42,534 nt of DNA. Origin: a virus. The notes beneath the pieces were generated by a model. It worked only from the letters and a program-made list of their open reading frames with translations. It was not told the origin of the DNA and made no database searches. This document shows positions 6,133-15,290 of this stretch, piece after piece. Within the stretch, counting starts at the first letter, position 1; each line of letters starts with the position of its first letter. The translations under genes were made by a program, and so were the position numbers. The DNA is taken from IMG/VR virus record IMGVR_UViG_3300045988_044701. One strand, 5' to 3'.

Positions 6133-6520
6133 TCACACGCCCAGCATTTTATCAATGCTTTGCAGGCGATAGCTCACCGCCTGCCGGGAGTAGTGGGTGC
6201 GTGCTGCAATGTCGGCCTGCGGGAGCCGCTCAACGTACCGCAGTAAGGCTATCTTACGGTCTACCCTCCCAAGCGGTGCGCTTTTGATGGCGGCGGTCAT
6301 CTGCTGCCGGTCAAGTCCTTGCAAGCACAGTGGTAGCACTACACGAGCCGCCGCCACAGGCAGCACCGAGCCAGAAAGGCTGCGGCAATTGTCCGGCGTT
6401 GCGCTTAGATACGCATTTTGCCGTATTAAGACCAAAAATTTGCAATTTTCTATCAAAAATGGGCCTTAATGTCCCGATTTTGGTGGCCTTAACAAAATCG
6501 CTCCATGTAGTGCTTGCCAT
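6133..6520 (-). pseudogene. ArpU / sigma-70 region-4-like transcriptional regulator, interrupted by a +1 frameshift
   Basis: ATG at 6520 with an RBS gives MASTTWSDFVKATKIGTLRP. The C-terminal HTH (RKIALLRYVERLPQADIAARTHYSRQAVSYRLQSIDKMLGV) lies in the +1 frame (6133-6456), which otherwise has only a TTG start. The frames could be joined at the A5 run at 6455-6459. Confidence 0.55.
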
Positions 6521-6540
6521 AGTATAATCCTTTCTACGGC

Positions 6541-6771
6541 TCAAATTTCAACCTTGCCGTTTTCATCGTACACGTCAAACCATTCTTCGCAGTATTCGTG
6601 CACACGCTCACGCAAGCTCTTGATGTACCTGAGAGACTTGCAGGTATATACCTTCATGCCCTGATATTTTCCATCAAGCCCGGTAAAAGTACCGCGATAA
6701 AAGCGCCCCATTCCTTTGGCTTTATAAATGGAACGAGGCTCGCCCATTTCTGTATTTTTGAGATAATACAT
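6541..6771 (-). CDS. Hypothetical protein (76 aa)
   Basis: ORF directly downstream of the holin-like genes. Confidence 0.5.
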   Translation of the reverse strand: MYYLKNTEMGEPRSIYKAKGMGRFYRGTFTGLDGKYQGMKVYTCKSLRYIKSLRERVHEYCEEWFDVYDENGKVEI

Positions 6772-6782
6772 TTTGTTCCTCC

Positions 6783-7121
6783 TTACTGCTTTTCCAATGC
6801 CGCTTTCATGCGGTCAAAGAAAAATTGAATCACGATGCCGATGGTCTCATCGGTGATGGCCCACGAGATAAAACGCCCATACTTGCTTGAAGCCAGGGCC
6901 GCGCGGAGCATCTGAGCCACCCAGGCTTTGCGCTCCGCGCCTTTCTTGGTGCCCTGGATATCCTTTTCTGCCTGCTCGATGAGCTGGAGCACGGTGGGCT
7001 TGACCGCCGCACCATAGCCAAGCCGGATGCAACCCAGGGCGTAAAACACAAAGCCGCCCAGCATCAGTGCAAGGGCCACCGGGCCCGGGACGGCGTTCAG
7101 GATTTTTGCTGCTGCGTCCAT
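6783..7121 (-). CDS. Holin-like membrane protein (LL-H-type pattern)
   Basis: 112 aa with an N-terminal TM (VPGPVALALMLGGFVFYALGCI) and a charged C-terminal part. It lies in the lysis cassette. Confidence 0.55.
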   Translation of the reverse strand: MDAAAKILNAVPGPVALALMLGGFVFYALGCIRLGYGAAVKPTVLQLIEQAEKDIQGTKKGAERKAWVAQMLRAALASSKYGRFISWAITDETIGIVIQFFFDRMKAALEKQ

Positions 7122-7495
7122 GCGCTTTCTCTCCTCTCATACAAAAATTTGTCGATTTCCTCCGCGCTCTGCTCCATTGCTTTGATATTATCACCTGACA
7201 GCTGAGCGCCTAAAACGGCGCGGTTGGAACGCAAAAGGATGGTGATGGCGTTTTCCAGCGCCCCAAAATGCTCCAGATCGCGGCCCAGAGCGGCAGAGTG
7301 GTTAGAGTAGCCCGTCTCAAGCACTCCCACGCGCCTGTCCAGCTCATCCAGCCGCTTGTCCTGTGCGTCGTTGGGAGCCTGTGCCTTTTTGATGTACTTG
7401 TGGATGATGTCCAGCACCTTGTCCAGCGTAATCGCTGCCGCGCACGCACTGCCCAAGATGCCCACAATCCAAATCAAAGCCTCTTTTTCAGTCAT
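7097..7495 (-). CDS. Single-TM membrane protein with a coiled-coil tail (holin / BhlA-like candidate)
   Basis: 132 aa with an N-terminal TM (ALIWIVGILGSACAAAITL). Its start overlaps the endolysin stop as ATGA. Confidence 0.5.
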   Translation of the reverse strand: MTEKEALIWIVGILGSACAAAITLDKVLDIIHKYIKKAQAPNDAQDKRLDELDRRVGVLETGYSNHSAALGRDLEHFGALENAITILLRSNRAVLGAQLSGDNIKAMEQSAEEIDKFLYERRESAWTQQQKS

Positions 7496-8292
7496 GTGCC
7501 CTCCCTGAGCCGCGTCAGGCCCTTTGTCTTGATGATCTTTGGGTAGTTGCGGGTGGTGACGTTCAAGTCTACGTTGCCCATGATACCCGGCACAGAGCCC
7601 TTGCTGGTGTGCTGGTGGGCGTGGTAGATGTAATCCACCTTGGGCGTCTCGCCCGTGTAGTCGGCCAGCCAGACGTCCCAGCGGCCTGCCAGGCGCTGCA
7701 TGTCCAACTCATAGCTGTAACCCGTGTAGGTGTACAGCTGGGCATAGAATCCCATGGCTTCCACCTTTTCCAGCGCATACGCCACAACGTTGGTGAGGTC
7801 GAGGGTGCTCATGGGCTTGAGCTTGTTTTCCTCCACGTCCACCGCAAGGGGCATGGTCAGCTCCTTGCCGTAGACCGCCTGCCGCACAAGAGCAAGCTCT
7901 GCATCGGCCATCGCTTCGCTGGTGGCGTAGGTGTAGTAGTAGACGCCCACGTCCAGCCCAGCGGCCCGGGCGCCGCGGTAGTTGCGCTCAAAGGTCGGGT
8001 CGATGTACAGCCCGTTCGACCGCTTGCTCATCTTCGGATTCGTGGAGACCGTCTTGAGCATGACGCCCTTGTAGCCCGCAGCGGCTACCTGTGCCCAGTC
8101 GATCTGGCCCTGATAGCGGCTCACGTCGATGTATCGGTAAGGCAGCGGCCCGCCCCAGCCGGGGGGAGCGGCGCTCTGGGTGTCCACAGTGGACACCGTA
8201 GAGGAAGTAGGCTGTGCGGTGGAGGTGTCTGCCGCTTCCTTTGCGTGGGCAAGGGCGGAAAAGAGGCGGGAGAGGAAGTTTAGGAGGTTCAT
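7492..8292 (-). CDS. Endolysin, GH25 muramidase with a signal-peptide-like N-terminus
   Basis: YIDVSRYQGQIDWAQVAAAGYKGVMLK is the GH25 signature. The N-terminus MNLLNFLSRLFSALAHA-KEA is followed by an S/T-rich linker. Confidence 0.8.
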   Translation of the reverse strand: MNLLNFLSRLFSALAHAKEAADTSTAQPTSSTVSTVDTQSAAPPGWGGPLPYRYIDVSRYQGQIDWAQVAAAGYKGVMLKTVSTNPKMSKRSNGLYIDPTFERNYRGARAAGLDVGVYYYTYATSEAMADAELALVRQAVYGKELTMPLAVDVEENKLKPMSTLDLTNVVAYALEKVEAMGFYAQLYTYTGYSYELDMQRLAGRWDVWLADYTGETPKVDYIYHAHQHTSKGSVPGIMGNVDLNVTTRNYPKIIKTKGLTRLREGT

Positions 8293-8341
8293 GTGGTCAC
8301 GTCCTTTCAGTTTTTGGTAAGATAAAGCTTCCTTTTGTCAC

Positions 8342-9724
8342 TTAAATCATCTTTTCTATAAGGGGAACATAGCATTTTTTATATCCGATGTCGTTTGGAT
8401 GAGCAGTATCTCTGTCAAATGGTTCTCCACTTTTATAGTTGCAATAATACGCGGCCATTTCTTCTATACAAGTGTTCATCGCTCCGGCAGCATATACATC
8501 AGCAATCGGAACTCCCCACTTTGTGCAAATTTCAACGACCTTATCGTGTTGCTCTTTTTGCTTGGTCTGGTCTAATGCCGCCATGTGATGTGGCATAATA
8601 AAAATTAACTTCGATTTTGTCCATGTTTTTGTAATCAAACAAATCGATTTTTCAAGTGCCCCGCAAAATGTAGCGTCATTGAAATCGGACGCATTATAAC
8701 TGATTCCGACTTCTCCAACCGTTATATTTGCAGTAATATCGTTTGTGCCACCCTCTAAAAAAATAAGAGAGAAATCATCATTTTTGTGTTCGTTTACTGC
8801 CGTTTCTACTTGATTTACTACACCATCCCCCCACTTGTTAGACATACATTTTCCGCCAACTGAATAATCGTATAATTTGTTTTCAACATTATATTTTTGA
8901 GCAATTATTCTTGCATAAGATGTAGCAACATCATCAATCCGATTCCCAATTCCTTTTGCGATACTGTCTCCAAAGGAAAGAATATTTGTATTTCTAACCG
9001 TAGTCGTTTTTGTTAATAAGGAATCTTTAAGAGATTGCGACAAATCGGTTTCATTTATTACTTTAAAATTTTTATATGAATACGCTTGAATTACAGAATT
9101 AGACATAGATTTTGGTGTGATATAAGCGTAATCAGAACGTCTTACAGATAATGAGAAATAATCACCATCTATCTTATAAGAAAAACTTTTTGTATTTGAA
9201 ACTAATCCACTACTTTTTACAAATTCCTTGTTATTATCCCAGATATGAATATTATATATATAATTCGTATCGCATATAAATGTAACAGAAATGCCGCTAT
9301 CACATTTAATTAAATCGCTTCTTACACGTTTTAAATAATTGTCGTCAGAAGAATCCGTCTTAATCCCGCTATTCGAAATATACTCTCCTTGTTCCCAGCG
9401 TAAAAAACGATAAAAATACTTTTGATTAAAAATTAGTTCGTCAATGTCATGACTCAGCTCATATATATCTTCCTTTAGCTGCTTCACACTCCCATCAAGC
9501 TCCGTATAGCTCTCCGGGATGGTCTTGAGTGTCTCTGCGGCTTTGGCGTCGATATCTTTAGACAGCTGCTCTTTGGTGGATGCGGCAGTTGCCTCCATAT
9601 CTGCTTTAGCATTCTCAGAAATCTGCCCGCAATACTCCAGCCCGCTTGCAATGCTTTCCGTGATGTCTCTTCCGTGTATAGCAGTTCTGATTTTTTCGCA
9701 AATTTCAGTAAGATTCGTAGCCAT
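8342..9724 (-). CDS. Tail fibre / receptor-binding protein with a C-terminal SGNH (GDSL) hydrolase domain
   Basis: The N-terminal IRTAIHGRDITESIASGLE anchor motif is common in phage fibres. SGNH blocks are present: ILSFGDSIAKG, EGGTND and DTAHPN. It lies downstream of Tal. Confidence 0.75.
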   Translation of the reverse strand: MATNLTEICEKIRTAIHGRDITESIASGLEYCGQISENAKADMEATAASTKEQLSKDIDAKAAETLKTIPESYTELDGSVKQLKEDIYELSHDIDELIFNQKYFYRFLRWEQGEYISNSGIKTDSSDDNYLKRVRSDLIKCDSGISVTFICDTNYIYNIHIWDNNKEFVKSSGLVSNTKSFSYKIDGDYFSLSVRRSDYAYITPKSMSNSVIQAYSYKNFKVINETDLSQSLKDSLLTKTTTVRNTNILSFGDSIAKGIGNRIDDVATSYARIIAQKYNVENKLYDYSVGGKCMSNKWGDGVVNQVETAVNEHKNDDFSLIFLEGGTNDITANITVGEVGISYNASDFNDATFCGALEKSICLITKTWTKSKLIFIMPHHMAALDQTKQKEQHDKVVEICTKWGVPIADVYAAGAMNTCIEEMAAYYCNYKSGEPFDRDTAHPNDIGYKKCYVPLIEKMI

Positions 9725-9735
9725 AATTTTTCTCC

Positions 9736-11490
9736 TTACTTCAAATCTTCCTCTTCGTCCAGGATCAGGCTGGCGGTGGTAGAATCGTTAAAGCTCATGA
9801 CGGCGGAGTGCGCCATATCAAAAGCGTTGGTGGCTTTGCGGGCACTGAGGGCCTGCAGGTCAGAGATGGAAGAGAAGTCAATTCCAAAGGTAAATTTCTT
9901 CTCGTCCGGCTTATCCAGCGGCTCCACAAGCTTGGTGCAGGTCAGAGACGTGTGCACGCCGTGGGGCTCAGAGATGATGTCAGCATTCTTCATAAACTGC
10001 AAGCGCTCGGTATCCACTCCCGCGTCTTTCAGGTCTACGGCAGAGATGGTCATGCCATCCAGATACCGCAGATTTTTGGCAAGCTCTTTCTGAGCCGCTT
10101 TCAAAAGGGTCTCTGTGGTAGAGGATGTGCCCTCGATCACGATGACCCGTGTGATGAGGCCATAGTACTTCTGGGCGTCGTAGTCGTTGGCCGTGGCCGT
10201 GAGAGTCTTGGTTTTCTTCCACACCCAGAAGCCGCTGGTACGGTAGCCCACCGCGATGACGCGGGTGACGACGTTTTCTGCCTTGACATAGCTGTCCAGA
10301 TCCAGAAGATTTTCGCCAAACTCGATTTTTTGCCCGGTTTTTTCGGTGACATTGGACACATAATCCAGATACCGCAGGGTGATGTAATGAGTTTCTTCAT
10401 TTATCCAGTATGGGCGCTTTTCTCTCCGCACGATAAAGTGCCCGCCGTAGGTGTCCGTGAGCTCAGACTGCAGGATATCCCAGGTGACGCCAAAGTTTTT
10501 GCCGTCGCCAAAGGTATACAGGTTGTACTCTTTTTTCAGCACATAGCCCACGCCGGTGGTGGTGGTCGTTGCCCCGGTTACAACGTTTTTGATGGTCACG
10601 GTCACGCTGCCATCATCCGCCACATTTACGGTATAGGTGTCGCTTTCGGTGTCGGTGGGCTCAAACATGGCCCGCTTTGTGCTGCCGGACGTGACCACTT
10701 TGATATTGGCCACATAGGTCTTTTCAGAACCATCACTTTTCACGACGTACACGACGCCCGCGCTGACGGTATACAGAGTGTCGGACGTCTTTGTGATAGC
10801 CGTTGCGGCGTCCTGAGCTTGGCCCCATACATAATCCTTGCCGCCGACGTAGTGGGTGGAGCCCACTTTCCAGCTGGATGGGTTATCATCCAAGAAGCTG
10901 GACGAGTTAGCATCGATCGAAGCCAGTATTCTGCCGCTCTGATCGTGGTAGGTATACCAGCGGTCTACATTTCCGTCATCGTCCTCGTCTTTGTGGCTCT
11001 GGACGGTGCAGCCTGTAGCATAAAGCACCTGCTGATAACCGCCTGCGTCCACGGTGCCGCGGTAAAAGGCCTTGTAGCCCTCTGTCTGGCCGTTGTGGTT
11101 GTCCAGCACCTTACCCAGAAACTCGGAAATAGTGATCCACTCATACTTGTACGGAGCCATGGAGCTGTCATTGAGGTAGGCAAGCTCGCCCTCACAGTAG
11201 ATTTTCTGATTGAGATAAAAGTCCATGTCGTGGCTCATGACGCGCCCCTGCCAGAGCGTTTCGCCGTCCTGCTCCACTTCCACGATGGCTTTCAGCTTCT
11301 GCAAAGCAGAATGAGCGATATTGCCCAGCGGCACGGTGGCCTCAAAGCTGCCCGCTTTGCTGTCTTCCCGCGTGAGCACCGGATCCAGCAGGATTTTGGT
11401 GTCATCCTCGGCACCCGGGTCATAGATACAGACCTTTTCGCTCCATGTATCGATTGCCGTCTGAGTCCCGGCATAGACTTTATAACTCAT
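9736..11490 (-). CDS. Tail-associated protein (Tal-like baseplate hub / tail endopeptidase-type)
   Basis: 584 aa from the ATG at 11490, which overlaps the Dit stop as ATGA. Its position after Dit and the tape measure supports the call. Confidence 0.7.
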   Translation of the reverse strand: MSYKVYAGTQTAIDTWSEKVCIYDPGAEDDTKILLDPVLTREDSKAGSFEATVPLGNIAHSALQKLKAIVEVEQDGETLWQGRVMSHDMDFYLNQKIYCEGELAYLNDSSMAPYKYEWITISEFLGKVLDNHNGQTEGYKAFYRGTVDAGGYQQVLYATGCTVQSHKDEDDDGNVDRWYTYHDQSGRILASIDANSSSFLDDNPSSWKVGSTHYVGGKDYVWGQAQDAATAITKTSDTLYTVSAGVVYVVKSDGSEKTYVANIKVVTSGSTKRAMFEPTDTESDTYTVNVADDGSVTVTIKNVVTGATTTTTGVGYVLKKEYNLYTFGDGKNFGVTWDILQSELTDTYGGHFIVRREKRPYWINEETHYITLRYLDYVSNVTEKTGQKIEFGENLLDLDSYVKAENVVTRVIAVGYRTSGFWVWKKTKTLTATANDYDAQKYYGLITRVIVIEGTSSTTETLLKAAQKELAKNLRYLDGMTISAVDLKDAGVDTERLQFMKNADIISEPHGVHTSLTCTKLVEPLDKPDEKKFTFGIDFSSISDLQALSARKATNAFDMAHSAVMSFNDSTTASLILDEEEDLK

Positions 11491-11990
11491 AAGCTCTTCA
11501 CTTTCGTTGGGGTGGTATAGATAGTATCCGTCTCGAAATTGAACGGATCCCACAGCCAGTCTGCCCCCGCTTCTGCGGTCAGGCTGATCTTGTGCGGGTT
11601 GCAGGTGCCTGTGATAACAAAAACGTTCTCCCATCGGTCATGGTTCTGCGGGGCCACTTTCCAAAGGCCCTCCCAGTACCAAGACGGGTCATCATCAAAG
11701 ATGCACCGCAGCCACTGGCCTTGCAGCGCATTTTCGAGGGTGCGCTGCACATTGGGCCAGTATTTTTTCGGTTTTACGCACTTGAGGGTGATGGTGATTT
11801 TTCGCTGGGTGTAGTGCACTTTGCCATCCAGTGCTTTGGTCAGATTGAGCAGTCTGTCACCGCCCGGGACTTTTACCAGGTGCTCGTCCACCTCGGCTTC
11901 ACCCACGGTGGTTCCGCCCACTACGAGATAAAGCCCCCAGTCTTTGAGGGTGTGGTAGTCACCCAGCTGTACGCCTTGTAGTGCTGCCAT
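11487..11990 (-). CDS. Distal tail protein (Dit)
   Basis: 167-aa ORF directly after the tape measure gene; size and synteny fit. Confidence 0.7.
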   Translation of the reverse strand: MAALQGVQLGDYHTLKDWGLYLVVGGTTVGEAEVDEHLVKVPGGDRLLNLTKALDGKVHYTQRKITITLKCVKPKKYWPNVQRTLENALQGQWLRCIFDDDPSWYWEGLWKVAPQNHDRWENVFVITGTCNPHKISLTAEAGADWLWDPFNFETDTIYTTPTKVKSL

Positions 11991-14600
11991 TTAGCCGCCC
12001 CTCGCTTTCCGTGTGGCACGTGTGCCCAAATCCAGGTCAATGCCGTCTACCAGCGCCGGGCGCAAAGCACCCGCCACGGCCCCGGTATCAAAGACGACTT
12101 GACCGGTGCCGATGGCAGGGAGGTGCTCGTCCAGAGAATTGGAAATGCGCTGAAGCACACTGAGCTGCTGCTTTCCGGTGCTGTCCTGCTGGCCGCTGAA
12201 CGGCGACACGGTAGCAGTGCTGTAGCGGCTCAGAGAGTCCGCACGGGCCGAAAACTCCGCCAGCGAGTCATAGATCGGCGTCTTAGAGAATGGGCTGTCA
12301 GGGTTTCCACCCGTCACGCTGTCGCTGCCCTTGCTCTTTTTGGAGAGCGCTGCCAGCCCGATGCCGCCCGCCAGCACCGTGAGGCCAAGGATAGCCGCCA
12401 CCACTGGGTTGGCCACTAGAAAGGACACGATACTTCCCAGGCTGGAAATAATGCCGCCGGACATGCTGGAAAAGCTCGTGGCGATGCCCGCCAGCTTTGT
12501 ACCCACGCCTCCGGATGCGTTCAGTCCCTCCAGGATCGTGGAGAAGCTCTGCACCGCGGTCCCGGCCTCGGTAGTGCCCTCGGCGATGCCGTTGGTAAAG
12601 AGGGCTTTGATGCTCTCGTACGCCGCCTTGGCCCCGCCGCCGGAGTAGCTGTCGTTGATGGCCGTGAGGGCGTCTAAGGCCCATTTTGAGATGATTTCCC
12701 GTTGTTCTTGCGAGATTTCGCCCCAAATAAGTTTGGCAATGTTCGTAGCCAGTCCAGACCAATTGCCGGTTTTGACATCGGTCAGCATACTTTGCAGACG
12801 GCCAAAGATGCCGCCAGACCACTGCTTCTGCGCATTGCTGAGGTTCTGGTCAATGCGGCTTTGCAGCTCTGTCACGGACAAAACCACATCGTCACAGGTC
12901 TTTTGCGTGGTCGTGGTCACGTTTCCGGCCGCATCGGTTACTTTCTTTGTGACCGATTTGATGGTCTTCTCCGTGCCGTCCACCACTTCTTTCCAAGAGT
13001 CCGTGATGGTCTCCACGGTTTCCTTTGTGGTGCCCTTGAGCTTTTTTGTGGTGCCGTCGTAGACGTTGTAGGTATTGTCGGCAGTCTCTACCACGCGCTG
13101 GATGTTGCCCACCATGTTGCCCGTTCCGGCGAGGATCTGCTTCGACGTTTCGGTGACGGTATCCGCCAGCTTTTTGGTGTCAGCAGCCGCTTTGGCGGTA
13201 GAGCTTTTGCTTGTTCCGCCGCCTGTGCCGCCGCCACCCGAGGTGGTGATACTGCTCACACCGTTCCCGGCGGCAGCGGCTGCTTCTGCTTGCCGTTCAG
13301 ACCAACTCTTGTTACTGATACCTTTTCCGGCAAGAGCTTCCCGCCTGCGACGCTCTTGATTGTTTTGATGATCTCTGTCTGAGCGATAATCTTCGTAGGT
13401 GTCATACCCCGCGTATGCTTCTTTTCCTAAAAATTTGTTGAGCTTGTAGCTCAATTTATCGAGAACGCCGATTCCGGCAGAGCCAAGCTCGCCAAATTTC
13501 TTGATGACGGAGTTGATGGGGTTGTTCAGTTCCAGAATTGCGTTTCCAAGACCTGCCCAACCATCGGTTTTGTATGCATCAATAGCCGCAACGGTCATAT
13601 CGTTGAGGTTGGAGATTACCACACCGATTCCGCTGCTGAGGTCGCCCGTCATGAGCCCGGCCAGCTGACTCACGTTGTCTTTCAGGGTGGAAACGCGGCC
13701 ATTCATGGTCTGGCTCTGGGTGTCCATGGCGTTGTAGTAGCGCCCGCCCTCCTCGCTGGCAGCTATAAGGGCCTCAGACAGCAGATCATAGCTGATGGTC
13801 ATGTTCTGGACTTCCTGCACCGATTTGCCGGTGTAGTCAGCCAGCACCTGATAAACGTTGATGCCAGCATAGGCAAACTGTTTGATGTCGATTGCGGACG
13901 CTTTTCCCACGTTGGCGATCTGCTGCAAGTTTCCGGCCATACGGGAAAGTTCTACATTTCCTCCGCCTGTAGCGGAAACCGCGTCGCCCAATGCATTGAT
14001 GACTTTTCTGGAGTATTCCGCATTTTCGCCCGCGCTGATCAGCAGCTGGTTTGCCTGTGTCAGCGAATCCACGCTGAACGGCGTGCGGGCCGCGTCCTCT
14101 TGAATGGCTTGCATGGCCGCATTGGCCGCTTCTGCATCGCCCAGCATGTTGGTCAGGCCAACGCGGTAGCTCTCGATTTGGGCGTTGTACTCGATGCCCA
14201 TAGACACAAACTGCTTTGCACCACTGAGGGCCGCGGTGGAAAGCGTGGAGATTGCAGAAGCCAGAAGCTGCGATTTTGTCAGCGCCGCCGTCAGCCCGCT
14301 TCCCGTACTGCTGGCCGACTTGCCAAAGGAGTCCATGCCGTTGTTTGCGGATTTCAGGGCGGAGGCAGTCGTTTTGAGTTGCGCCTCGGCTGCTGCAAGC
14401 TGATTTTTCAGCTCTTTAGTCTCAGCCGAGGTCTTGCCCGTCTTGGCGGCAGATTCGTTATACTGCTTTGTCAGTTCCAGAACGCTTTTTGCGGCCTTGC
14501 TGTACTCGCTGGAAAGCGCCGTCACGGTCTTTTTGGTCTCGCTCTGGACATTGTTGATGCCCCGCTCATACGCGGACGTGTCCAACCCAAGAGTGGCCAT
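11991..14600 (-). CDS. Tape measure protein
   Basis: 869 aa from the ATG at 14600, A/G/S/T-rich, immediately downstream of the chaperone pair. Confidence 0.85.
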   Translation of the reverse strand: MATLGLDTSAYERGINNVQSETKKTVTALSSEYSKAAKSVLELTKQYNESAAKTGKTSAETKELKNQLAAAEAQLKTTASALKSANNGMDSFGKSASSTGSGLTAALTKSQLLASAISTLSTAALSGAKQFVSMGIEYNAQIESYRVGLTNMLGDAEAANAAMQAIQEDAARTPFSVDSLTQANQLLISAGENAEYSRKVINALGDAVSATGGGNVELSRMAGNLQQIANVGKASAIDIKQFAYAGINVYQVLADYTGKSVQEVQNMTISYDLLSEALIAASEEGGRYYNAMDTQSQTMNGRVSTLKDNVSQLAGLMTGDLSSGIGVVISNLNDMTVAAIDAYKTDGWAGLGNAILELNNPINSVIKKFGELGSAGIGVLDKLSYKLNKFLGKEAYAGYDTYEDYRSDRDHQNNQERRRREALAGKGISNKSWSERQAEAAAAAGNGVSSITTSGGGGTGGGTSKSSTAKAAADTKKLADTVTETSKQILAGTGNMVGNIQRVVETADNTYNVYDGTTKKLKGTTKETVETITDSWKEVVDGTEKTIKSVTKKVTDAAGNVTTTTQKTCDDVVLSVTELQSRIDQNLSNAQKQWSGGIFGRLQSMLTDVKTGNWSGLATNIAKLIWGEISQEQREIISKWALDALTAINDSYSGGGAKAAYESIKALFTNGIAEGTTEAGTAVQSFSTILEGLNASGGVGTKLAGIATSFSSMSGGIISSLGSIVSFLVANPVVAAILGLTVLAGGIGLAALSKKSKGSDSVTGGNPDSPFSKTPIYDSLAEFSARADSLSRYSTATVSPFSGQQDSTGKQQLSVLQRISNSLDEHLPAIGTGQVVFDTGAVAGALRPALVDGIDLDLGTRATRKARGG

Positions 14601-14614
14601 CAATTCAAAAAGTT

Positions 14615-15279
14615 TCAGGGCGTTTCACCTCCGTTCAGCCCGGCCAGAATGCGGGCCTTAATTTCCTCTGCGCTCTGCTGGGGCCGGGTGAAAGCATTAA
14701 AGTCGGGCAGGGTATCCACCCACCGACACTCCATGCCCACAAGGCCAGCCAGAGCGTCCGTGATGTAGGCACGGTAGCTCTTCTCGTAAGCTTCCTGCTG
14801 CATCGCATTGACGCAATGCTGGGCAATGTAGGGCTTGCCAATGGCTTTCAGCATATCCAGCCGGATGGATGAGATCAGCCGCCGATATCGGTCTGAGCCA
14901 ACCTCACCAACGAGGATAAAAAATCCAGCACATCCCGGTCGTTGATGGTCTCCGTGATAACGCGCAGGGTTTTGAAAGGAGTCATCTTTTCAGGGTTGCC
15001 GTCTTTGTCCGTTTCCAGCTCATACAGCAAAGGCAGCAGCTCCGCTGTGTTTTGAGCGTTGTCGAACAGCAGCTTTTTTGCCATTGCCTTGATGTTCTTG
15101 CGGCCCTGGGCTTCTTTCTTGGCCTTGAGCTCATCGGGGGTTTCATTGCCCGTGAGGATGGGGCCGACTTTGCGCAGCTCCATCACCTGCGTCTCGGTCA
15201 GCAGGGCGGCCACCTTGTCCGCGATCATGTAGCAGTGGCGCAGAAATTCTGTTTCGTCCATCTGGTTGAGAGTTTTCAT
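14615..15279 (-). CDS. Tail assembly chaperone, predicted -1 frameshift fusion product (G-T type)
   Basis: The ORF at 14615-14854 lies in the -1 frame of 14875-15279. That -1 frame is open across the overlap, and a slippery heptamer lies at 14917-14923. Confidence 0.6.
14875..15279 (-). CDS. Tail assembly chaperone (G-like, zero-frame product)
   Basis: 134-aa acidic ORF between the major tail protein and the tape measure. Confidence 0.75.
   Translation of the reverse strand: MKTLNQMDETEFLRHCYMIADKVAALLTETQVMELRKVGPILTGNETPDELKAKKEAQGRKNIKAMAKKLLFDNAQNTAELLPLLYELETDKDGNPEKMTPFKTLRVITETINDRDVLDFLSSLVRLAQTDIGG
14917..14923 (-). promoter_or_regulatory. -1 programmed frameshift slippery heptamer T TTT TTA
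   Basis: The zero-frame codons are gaT TTT TTA (D-F-L), checked by counting back from the stop at 14875-14877. It lies 13 codons before the zero-frame stop. Confidence 0.65.
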
Positions 15280-15290
15280 TGTTCCACTCC

